Shown here: positions 7,902 through 14,132 of the stretch, piece after piece | Layout of the letters: every line of letters begins with the position of its first letter | Numbering within the stretch: the first letter of the stretch is position 1 | Virus record (IMG/VR): IMGVR_UViG_3300025066_000115 | Coordinates: 1 to 28,828 of that record | Strand: one strand, 5' to 3' | DNA from: a virus | Lineage: Duplodnaviria; Caudoviricetes | Length of the DNA: 28,828 nucleotides | Position numbers and translations under genes: made by a program | Notes under the pieces: generated by a model | What the model was told of the DNA's origin: nothing | The model's database searches: none | The model's input: only the letters and a program-made list of their open reading frames with translations

Positions 7902-8237
7902 TGGTCGCCCTTGGTGCGGTAGTACGGCGTATCCTGCCTTGCGTAGCTTTGCCACCCACCTGTTCACTGTTATAGGCGTTCGGTTGTAGCGCTTGGCGAT
8001 CTGCGCGTAGGTCATGTGCTGTTCGTTTATAAGGGGTATGATGTCTGTTAGTTTCATGTCAATAACATGATTGATTAAGTCAACAAGATCTTCTACTGCT
8101 TTTATTCTTTGCTTTAATCTCTCATCATCTGCCTTAATTGGATTAAATTCTTCTGTGGGATTAAATTTGTTTGCGTTCTTTAATGATTTTTTAGCTTGTG
8201 TTATTACTTCTGTCACATTGTCTTGATTGATTTTCAT
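7884..8237 (-). CDS. Helix-turn-helix DNA-binding protein
   Basis: C-terminal MTYAQIAKRYNRTPITVNRWVAKLRKAG..GRP. Confidence 0.75.
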   Translation of the reverse strand: MKINQDNVTEVITQAKKSLKNANKFNPTEEFNPIKADDERLKQRIKAVEDLVDLINHVIDMKLTDIIPLINEQHMTYAQIAKRYNRTPITVNRWVAKLRKAGYAVLPHQGRPRLTIK

Positions 8238-8425
8238 TATAGTTTATCGTTATCGGCGTGCTTGATATATGTCACATCATCATCACGATCTGTGATTGAT
8301 AAATACTCTATCAATAGCTGATTAGCTTTGATTAGCAGATCTTCTACTTTTTCTTTGTCCTCATGTTGCTCGTTAAAGCGCTCGAAATAAAGGGACGTGT
8401 CCTTGCGTAGTTGTCTAATGTTCAT
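8237..8425 (-). CDS. Hypothetical protein (62 aa)
   Basis: TAATG coupling to the next gene. Confidence 0.7.
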   Translation of the reverse strand: MNIRQLRKDTSLYFERFNEQHEDKEKVEDLLIKANQLLIEYLSITDRDDDVTYIKHADNDKL

Positions 8426-8430
8426 GGTTA

Positions 8431-8610
8431 TTATAAGTTATCTAGGTGTCTGATAAATTTTATCTCTATATCCATTTTAGGCTTGTCTTTTCCTTGTCGC
8501 CAAATGTCTGTGCCGTCTTCTTCTTCGTCCAAAAGAAAGAAGCCCTGTTCGGTAAGAAAGATATATGTTTCTTTTAACTTCTCTGCATACTGTTTATTTG
8601 ATTCGTCCAT
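8431..8610 (-). CDS. Hypothetical protein (59 aa, MDESNKQYAEKLKETYIFLTEQGFF...RHLDNL)
   Basis: Hand-translated. Fills the gap in the operon. Confidence 0.65.
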   Translation of the reverse strand: MDESNKQYAEKLKETYIFLTEQGFFLLDEEEDGTDIWRQGKDKPKMDIEIKFIRHLDNL

Positions 8611-8761
8611 ATTAATTGTTTGTTAATTGTTTGATAATCTCGTTTATGGTCATCTTTTTTCCTTTATAATCAGCTATTACACCTCCAAAACCATTCTTTG
8701 CAAGATCTTTGAGTGTAGATAGATATATTTGTTGTTCTTTTGTCATGTTAATTGTTTGTTA
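8608..8761. repeat. 18-bp direct repeat pair (8608-8625, 8744-8761; 17/18 identical)
   Basis: CAT[A/G]TTAATTGTTTGTTA. On the minus strand it is ...TNN-stop + ATG, bracketing the 8612-8746 gene. Confidence 0.75.
8612..8746 (-). CDS. Hypothetical protein (44 aa, MTKEQQIYLSTLKDLAKNGFGGVIADYKGKKMTINEIIKQLTNN)
   Basis: Hand-translated, with 1-nt gaps to both neighbours. Confidence 0.6.
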   Translation of the reverse strand: MTKEQQIYLSTLKDLAKNGFGGVIADYKGKKMTINEIIKQLTNN

Positions 8762-8870
8762 TCGCTGTTAATGCCTCGCCTAGCGCCTTGTCTAGGTCAT
8801 AGTCTTGGTGTACCGACAGGGTTTTGCGTACTGTGATGTACCAGATGTTTTGTATTTTATAGATGTGCAT
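8748..8870 (-). CDS. Hypothetical protein (40 aa, MHIYKIQNIWYITVRKTLSVHQDYDLDKALGEALTAITNN)
   Basis: Hand-translated, tightly packed. Confidence 0.6.
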   Translation of the reverse strand: MHIYKIQNIWYITVRKTLSVHQDYDLDKALGEALTAITNN

Positions 8871-8874
8871 GGTG

Positions 8875-9062
8875 TTATATTGTTATTTCGTGCTGACAAT
8901 TGTCGCAATGGATTGTGATTTCTTCGTCTGCCTCCTGTAAATAGTCTAATAACGCCAGTATGCCGTTGATAGACTCCACCGCTGTGTTTTCTCCTGCATT
9001 AAGAGGGTTGTCTTTCTTGTATCGGTCGACTGCCTCTCTGATTTTGTTTTGTATTTTTTCAT
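8875..9062 (-). pseudogene. Small gene with an apparent 1-nt frameshift in an A6 run just after the ATG; C-terminal CxxC
   Basis: The ATG at 9062 follows the upstream stop by 2 nt but is out of frame with the long frame. One extra A gives MKKIQNKIREAVDRY...HCDNCQHEITI. The alternative is the track's TTG start at 9135, which overlaps the neighbour by 71 nt. Confidence 0.45.
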
Positions 9063-9064
9063 GT

Positions 9065-9271
9065 TTAATAGTGGTTATCGCCAATATTCTCTGATAATAT
9101 GTCAATTGTCTTGGGTTCGCTCCTATGTCCGTCAATCATAATATATGCTGTGCCGTCCAGTTGGTGTTGTACTGTTAGCCGTTGAAAGCTATCAGGGTTC
9201 GTGTAGAGTTCTGCCTGTACCTCTTTATCCTCCACTTTCTCCAGTGCTGTTATTAGTTGTGCTATTGTCAT
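9065..9271 (-). CDS. Hypothetical protein (68 aa)
   Basis: MTIAQLITALEK N-terminus, a common small phage protein pattern. Confidence 0.7.
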   Translation of the reverse strand: MTIAQLITALEKVEDKEVQAELYTNPDSFQRLTVQHQLDGTAYIMIDGHRSEPKTIDILSENIGDNHY

Positions 9272-9273
9272 GT

Positions 9274-9402
9274 TTATATGAATTTAATGGTTAGTAATAC
9301 CAAGGCAAGGGCGACTATGAATAGTGCCATAGCTGTGATGTCCGTTGCTATCTTGGCGTGGCGCTTGCGCCTGAATTGCTTGTATAGTTGCGAGTGTTGC
9401 AT
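9274..9402 (-). CDS. Small membrane protein (42 aa, MQHSQLYKQFRRKRHAKIATDITAMALFIVALALVLLTIKFI)
   Basis: Hand-translated. Basic N-terminus plus a hydrophobic helix, with 2-nt gaps to both neighbours. Confidence 0.6.
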   Translation of the reverse strand: MQHSQLYKQFRRKRHAKIATDITAMALFIVALALVLLTIKFI

Positions 9403-9404
9403 GG

Positions 9405-9659
9405 TTATATTGCATTATTAAGGATATCTAATAATCGTTTGAAGTCTGATTGTTGCTGTTCGTTGCCGTGATTGTTGACTTGGTCGTCAACAGTTTCCAT
9501 AATTGCGTGCTTGAAACCCTCGCAAATATCCCAAGTACCGCAAAAATAGTTCATAGCTTTCTCCAACACTTTCATACTTTCATCACTATTTTCCATTTCT
9601 GAAAGTGTGTTGTGGATTTCATCTTGTAAGTTCTCTAGTGGTGTATGTTCTTGTTGCAT
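9405..9659 (-). CDS. Hypothetical acidic protein (84 aa)
   Basis: ORF in the early operon. Confidence 0.7.
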   Translation of the reverse strand: MQQEHTPLENLQDEIHNTLSEMENSDESMKVLEKAMNYFCGTWDICEGFKHAIMETVDDQVNNHGNEQQQSDFKRLLDILNNAI

Positions 9660-9706
9660 GGTGTTATTTAATTAGATTGATAAATTTCGCAATGTAAAAA
9701 CCGCTT

Positions 9707-10069
9707 TTATTCCTCCTCCTCTAATGTCTCCATTAGTGTGTTGTAGTCCTCTCTTAACTGTTCCTCGTGCCAGAAGTATAAATCGCTCATCATCATTTCA
9801 ATGATTGATTTCTTTGGCTCGTACTCTCCAACAATTTCAAGAGTTAGCTCATGTGCGTCTGGTGTGTCGCCCCATTCCTTTATAATGTCGTGATTATATA
9901 CAGGTACTCGTCCGTCTGCGTACTCTGATATATAGTCCTCCAGATCTTTGACTGTCTTGTCGCCGTATAAGTAGCCTTCAATAAAGTATATTAGTTCGTC
10001 TTTATCGTTTAGCCCTTTGATATTTTCAATCACTTTTGTGATACGCTCGATTTCTTTTTTGTTTTCCAT
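9707..10069 (-). CDS. ocr: T7 Ocr (gp0.3)-like DNA mimic / anti-restriction protein
   Basis: 120 aa and very acidic. DLEDYISEYADGRVPVYNHDII aligns by eye with Ocr [22 protein letters not shown], and KSIIEMMMSDLY...LREDYNTLMETLEEEE with KDVIRILQARIY...LWEDAEDLLNEYLEE. The Ocr sequence is recalled from memory. Confidence 0.72.
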   Translation of the reverse strand: MENKKEIERITKVIENIKGLNDKDELIYFIEGYLYGDKTVKDLEDYISEYADGRVPVYNHDIIKEWGDTPDAHELTLEIVGEYEPKKSIIEMMMSDLYFWHEEQLREDYNTLMETLEEEE

Positions 10070-10172
10070 GTTATATGTTGTTAGTTGTTAATTGCTCGTA
10101 TAATCACCTCTTCGCTGTGGTTGCAATAGTTCTCGCACCATATTATACCCTCCTCCATATTCTTAAACTCTT

Positions 10173-10289
10173 TTATTGTTGCTCCATGTTGCCTATTGCT
10201 TCTCTAGCCTGTTCTATTGGCATTCCAAGTTTAAGATTTTCCTTTAGTATCTCAATATTCTTCTGGTAATTTTTGTTTAGTGTATGCAT
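10173..10289 (-). CDS. Hypothetical protein (38 aa, MHTLNKNYQKNIEILKENLKLGMPIEQAREAIGNMEQQ)
   Basis: Hand-translated, 2 nt after the upstream stop. Confidence 0.55.
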   Translation of the reverse strand: MHTLNKNYQKNIEILKENLKLGMPIEQAREAIGNMEQQ

Positions 10290-10291
10290 GT

Positions 10292-10462
10292 TTATGATAT
10301 TTTAGTTAAGTTCTTTTTAGCAAATGATAAAGTATTTTCCAATTTGTCTATATAGTCTGGCAGAGCTATCTCACCCTTTTCGCTTGCGTTAATTAATTCT
10401 TGTAGATTTTGACTGATTATACTTCTTGTTGTAATTTCAATGCTTTCTTTTTTGTTTTCCAT
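10292..10462 (-). CDS. Hypothetical protein (56 aa, MENKKESIEITTRSIISQNLQELINASEKGEIALPDYIDKLENTLSFAKKNLTKIS)
   Basis: Hand-translated. First gene after the leftward promoter. Confidence 0.6.
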   Translation of the reverse strand: MENKKESIEITTRSIISQNLQELINASEKGEIALPDYIDKLENTLSFAKKNLTKIS

Positions 10463-10511
10463 GTTGTATGTTGTTAGTTGTTAGTATGACCAGTTGCCTG
10501 ATCTGTATTAA

Positions 10512-10568
10512 AGTGTATCAAATACCATATCATTGTCAAGTACTTTTGATCGACTGACTGTGGATAAC
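10512..10568 (-). promoter_or_regulatory. Leftward early promoter with an upstream perfect DnaA box
   Basis: Minus strand: GTTATCCACAG (10568-10558), then TTGACA(10539-10534)-N16-TACACT(10517-10512). Same -35, spacer length and -10 as the promoter at 2481. Confidence 0.75.
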
Positions 10569-10741
10569 TATTGAGGGGCAGAATGGGTCGCTTTTCTTGA
10601 CAGGTGCGTTGGTTCTGTGTTGTATTGGTGTTCGTGTCTTGACTTTTTCTCTTGACAGGTGTACCATTAGGGGGCTAGACCCCCCACACGGGGAGGTCGC
10701 CTCCGAATGGCGACGATATTGTATAATATGTTGTTGTTTAT

Positions 10742-10769
10742 AGCCCTCTTTTGAGGGTTTTCTCTTTTT
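10742..10769 (+). terminator. Possible intrinsic terminator
   Basis: AGCCCTC-tttt-GAGGGTT followed by a T-rich tract. Confidence 0.45.
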
Positions 10770-10973
10770 GATGGCTAATATAAAGGCTCGTTTGGCTTGT
10801 GTTTTGTGTGTTTTGATAGTTTTGTAGGCTCTTTCGTATTAAATAATATACGATTTTTTTATGCTAACGGAAAAATGGACTGTTTCACCTTAAATAGCGT
10901 TGTTTGTCAATTGCTATAAAATATACGATTTGATATTATGTAGGGTATTATTGGTGGTATAAATTACGATAAT

Positions 10974-11216
10974 ATGAAAAATAAAAGAGTGGAGATCATG
11001 TTAGACGAGAATAATAAGCAAAGGATTAAGTCGATGGCGGTTCTTGCTTTTGAGCTTGGTAAGACTAATAATAAGACTGTTAGCGCGCTTGTTAGAGAAT
11101 ATCTTATTCCAAAAGGTGAAAAGGCACTGGAGAAGGAGAGGCAATTGTCGCTGATTGCCGATAAGGAGGAGAGAAGGGCAAAATTTTTAGCTTATCAACA
11201 AAAAAATCATGGATAA
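10974..11216 (+). CDS. Ribbon-helix-helix-like transcription regulator
   Basis: KRVEIMLDE strand, a helix, then TVSALVREYL. Preceded by TTGCTA-N17-TATTAT. Confidence 0.6.
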   Translation: MKNKRVEIMLDENNKQRIKSMAVLAFELGKTNNKTVSALVREYLIPKGEKALEKERQLSLIADKEERRAKFLAYQQKNHG

Positions 11217-11382
11217 ATTATATAGGTTTATAGTTATATTGGAGGAGGACAAGTTTAATGACATGAATAGTATTCTAGCAAAATCAAATTGGAATACTGC
11301 CGAGGAGTTGTTATTAAATGAGCTTATCCCTTTAGGTTTAGAGAAATATAGAACCTCTATTGAGGACGATGTAGAGTTTTAG
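11209..11382 (+). CDS. Second RHH-like protein (57 aa, MDKLYRFIVILEEDKFNDMNSILAKSNWNTAEELLLNELIPLGLEKYRTSIEDDVEF)
   Basis: Hand-translated. Overlaps the upstream gene by 8 nt and resembles it (RFIVILEE/RVEIMLDE; LIPLG/LIPKG). Confidence 0.55.
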   Translation: MDKLYRFIVILEEDKFNDMNSILAKSNWNTAEELLLNELIPLGLEKYRTSIEDDVEF

Positions 11383-11396
11383 AGGATAAGGCACAA

Positions 11397-11462
11397 GGCG
11401 CAAGGACACCAGACAACAGGCGCAAGATCACCAGACAACAGGCGCAAGAACACTAGCACAAG
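11397..11462. repeat. Tandem 22-bp repeat, three units (third degenerate)
   Basis: GGCGCAAGGACACCAGACAACA / GGCGCAAGATCACCAGACAACA / GGCGCAAGAACACTAGCACAAG. Confidence 0.9.
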
Positions 11463-11504
11463 GTGACTTGCGCTTTTGTCTTTTGTAGGGTAGAATTAGT
11501 ACAA

Positions 11505-11975
11505 ATGCAGAATGATAATGGCAACATAATAGAAAATGAGGAGGATTTAGACAAAAGCGAGGCGCAAAACGCGCCTGTAAGCGATTTAAATGAGGAAGAT
11601 GACCCAGTCATCGAGCCAGAAGTAGTCAAAGTAAAGCGCAATGCACTTGGTCAGCTTGCCAAAGGTCAAGTGCTCAACCCTAACGGCCGACCTGCTGGCG
11701 CTATCAACATGACTAGCAAGTTAAAGAACGCCTTGTCTATTGTTGGCGAGGGGCGACACGCCTCTGCTGATTTGGAGATAGTGGACAAGGTGCTAGAGTT
11801 AGCAAAGCAAGGTGACAAGGCAATGATCCAATTGATATGGAACTATGTAGACGGCAAGCCTATCCAAAGGATTGACCACACCTCGCTAGGTGAGGGAGTA
11901 CAGGCGCTAAGTGACGAGCAAATGGAGAAGTTAAACAACACATTTAGCAAAGAGTCAAATGAAACGGACGAATAA
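11505..11975 (+). CDS. terS: Terminase small subunit (DUF5681-like)
   Basis: RNALGQLAKGQVLNPNGRPAG and AKQGDKAMIQLIWNYVDGKPIQRID motifs. Upstream of terL. ATG 11505 preferred. Confidence 0.75.
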   Translation: MQNDNGNIIENEEDLDKSEAQNAPVSDLNEEDDPVIEPEVVKVKRNALGQLAKGQVLNPNGRPAGAINMTSKLKNALSIVGEGRHASADLEIVDKVLELAKQGDKAMIQLIWNYVDGKPIQRIDHTSLGEGVQALSDEQMEKLNNTFSKESNETDE

Positions 11976-12141
11976 ACAAATGATTGGAGACATTCTATGG
12001 TGCGTGGCGCTTGGCGCTGTGTGCCTGTTAGGTGTTGCGTTAGCCGTCCTTGTGTACAGGTTCATAGTGGACGCGTGGGCAGGCATTGCGATCGTGGCTG
12101 TGGCCATGGTGCTAGGCGCGTGGTGCGTGGGGAGGGGGTAG
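11959..12141 (+). CDS. Small protein with two predicted transmembrane helices
   Basis: Two hydrophobic segments. Overlaps the end of terS. Confidence 0.55.
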   Translation: MKRTNKQMIGDILWCVALGAVCLLGVALAVLVYRFIVDAWAGIAIVAVAMVLGAWCVGRG

Positions 12142-12216
12142 TAATTGACCCTTGCCCTTCGTTCGGTTGATAAAAGTTAGGGTGCCGCAAAATAGTATAA
12201 TCAATTTTTCCAATCC

Positions 12217-12314
12217 ATTGACAACGCCCCACGCCCATGGCATTATTTATGGATTGACAACGCCCCACGCCCATGGCATAAGTGATTAAGGTAATAATTG
12301 ACAACGCCCCACGC
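12217..12314. repeat. Direct repeat array between terS and terL
   Basis: ATTGACAACGCCCCACGCCCATGGCAT at 12217-12243 and 12253-12279. The first 18 bp recur at 12297-12314, and TTGACAAC again at 12352. Confidence 0.92.
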
Positions 12315-12370
12315 ACCTGGTGAAATATATATATAATTTTTTTTCAATAACTTGACAACATACAAAAAGA

Positions 12371-13882
12371 ATGGCAATAGACCCTAAGAAAATCAAAATG
12401 ATAGCGGAGCTGACCCCTGCAGAGAGGAAGTATATTCTGTCTAAGGAGGAGAATTTCCCTTACTTTTTCGTGTATTATTTTGTTGATTATGTGAACTATC
12501 CTTTTGCTGACTTCCACTATGATATGTTCAGCGACGTGGCGAAGATGATTAATTGTGAGTTGCGGGAGGTTGGGTGGATTGCGTTTCGTGAATCGGCTAA
12601 AACATCTATTGCAAAGGGCTTCGTTACCTACTTGGCGGCATATAATAAGCGTAACTATATTAATGTGGACTCGTATTCTAAGGAGAATGCTGAGCGTATC
12701 TTGTTCGATATTGTGTTGGAAATGCAGACGAACAAGCGTTTGGTGGAGGATTTCGGGCAGATGTATAATGCTAAGAGGGAGAATAATGAGGTGACGCAGA
12801 AGAGGGTGTCAAACTTCATTACGAACAACGGGGTGCGTGTGGAGGCTCACTCGACTCAGGAGCCTGTGCGAGGTAGGCTGTCACGACAGTTTCGTCCTGA
12901 TGCGGTGATTTTGGATGACTTTGAGACGGATAAGACTATTGCATCGGAGGCTACTACACTGTCCATCAGGAACCACATTGGGGAGTTCCAGGGAGGTTTG
13001 GCACCTAATGCTTTTGTGCTTTATTTGGGGAACTACATTTCGGAGTACTGTAATGTGCAGTGGTTGATGGATCGTGCGAAGGAGGACGATAAGATAATGA
13101 TTAGGAATATCCCTGTGATGGTAAGCGATGAGCCTACATGGCCAGGGAAGTATGTGCGGAATGATGTGGATAAAGTTGGGGATAATGTGGATAAGGTGTC
13201 GATTGAGACGATTGAGAAGCGGTTGTCTAGTCCTGATGAGGGTAATAGGAGGTTCTTGGCGGAAATGATGAATGAGCCTGTTGATTACAGTCATCAGATT
13301 TTTCATAAGGAGATGTTTAAATATGTGGAGTGGGATGACATAACGGCGAAAAGTACTGCTTGTTATGTGACTATTGATACGGCGGTGTCACAGGAGGCGA
13401 AGGCGGACTATACGGGGATTACGATTAACTGGGTGGACACCGAGGGTATGTGGCATTTGAAGTCGTTTAGGAAGAAGATCACGCCGACAGAGGTGATTGA
13501 TTTGATATTTGGGCTTCATAACCAATATCATCCAGAGAAGATAGGGATTGAGAAGGGGATGTATACGAGTGTCATTAAGCCTTTCTTGCAGGAGGAGATG
13601 CGCGAGAGGAATGTATATCCGTATATAGTGGAGGTGGAGCATCAGAATAAGAAGAAGGAGGCGCGTATTGAGTGGCTGTTGCCACGGTACGAGGCGGGGA
13701 GTATCTTCCATTTGAAGGGGGAGTGTGGGGATTTGGAGAATGAGCTAATGCGACACCCAGTAAACGTACATGATGACGTGGCGGATAGTGCTTCAATGCA
13801 GACGCAGATTGCTCAACGGCGGTATTCCGAGGGGCTGGAGGAGTTAAATGAGCCAGAAACATATTCTGACATCGGAATTTAG
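12371..13882 (+). CDS. terL: Terminase large subunit
   Basis: AFRESAKTS Walker A, RPDAVILDDFE Walker B, and RNase H-like nuclease motifs TIDTA, DYTG, IGIEK, KEARI and HDDVADS. Confidence 0.95.
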   Translation: MAIDPKKIKMIAELTPAERKYILSKEENFPYFFVYYFVDYVNYPFADFHYDMFSDVAKMINCELREVGWIAFRESAKTSIAKGFVTYLAAYNKRNYINVDSYSKENAERILFDIVLEMQTNKRLVEDFGQMYNAKRENNEVTQKRVSNFITNNGVRVEAHSTQEPVRGRLSRQFRPDAVILDDFETDKTIASEATTLSIRNHIGEFQGGLAPNAFVLYLGNYISEYCNVQWLMDRAKEDDKIMIRNIPVMVSDEPTWPGKYVRNDVDKVGDNVDKVSIETIEKRLSSPDEGNRRFLAEMMNEPVDYSHQIFHKEMFKYVEWDDITAKSTACYVTIDTAVSQEAKADYTGITINWVDTEGMWHLKSFRKKITPTEVIDLIFGLHNQYHPEKIGIEKGMYTSVIKPFLQEEMRERNVYPYIVEVEHQNKKKEARIEWLLPRYEAGSIFHLKGECGDLENELMRHPVNVHDDVADSASMQTQIAQRRYSEGLEELNEPETYSDIGI

Positions 13883-13899
13883 TGTGATTGTCAAGTTCA

Positions 13900-13910
13900 T
13901 GGTATAATTA
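13900..13910 (+). promoter_or_regulatory. Extended -10 promoter (TGGTATAATTA)
   Basis: GGTATAATTA recurs intergenically at 13901, 17285, 21962 and 27597. Confidence 0.65.
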
Positions 13911-13938
13911 TTACAATTAATAGTAATAAAATTAGATT

Positions 13939-14118
13939 ATGCCAGCAAAAAAGGTAACAAAATCTGTTAGAAAGCCACGATCAGCTCCAAAGAAGGTGTC
14001 TGTATCGGTTTTTGACGGTGGAAACTTGGTACGAGAGTACTCAAAGGAGGTTCATGGCAAGGATTTTGCTAAATTAGCGGAGTCTTTGGCAGCAAAGAAG
14101 GGATTTACAGTAAAATAA
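13939..14118 (+). CDS. Small basic protein (59 aa, MPAKKVTKSVRKPRSAPKKVSVSVFDGGNLVREYSKEVHGKDFAKLAESLAAKKGFTVK)
   Basis: Hand-translated. Follows the promoter. Confidence 0.7.
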   Translation: MPAKKVTKSVRKPRSAPKKVSVSVFDGGNLVREYSKEVHGKDFAKLAESLAAKKGFTVK

Positions 14119-14132
14119 ATAAATAAATAAAT

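Larger units (their letters stand above)
10051..10483. repeat. 40-bp direct repeat pair (10051-10090, 10444-10483; 39/40 identical)
   Basis: TTTCTTTTTTGTTTTCCATGTT[A/G]TATGTTGTTAGTTGTTA. On the minus strand it is leader + MENKKE of two different genes. Confidence 0.92.

Noticed and set aside
10081-10158. 25-aa minus-strand ORF MEEGIIWCENYCNHSEEVIIRAINN
   Set aside because: Possible but too short to support. It also contains a GGTATAAT that could instead be an internal promoter for the Ocr-like gene.
11397-11462. CRISPR array
   Set aside because: Units are contiguous, with no spacers.
11959-12141. Holin call
   Set aside because: Two hydrophobic helices alone are insufficient, and no endolysin is nearby.
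12217-12314. Mini CRISPR array
   Set aside because: Gaps between repeats are only 9 and 17 bp, the third copy is partial, and there is no cas operon.
13165-13195. Two TGTGGATAA DnaA boxes inside terL (also one near 25334)
   Set aside because: Explained by Val-Asp-Lys codons in coding sequence.
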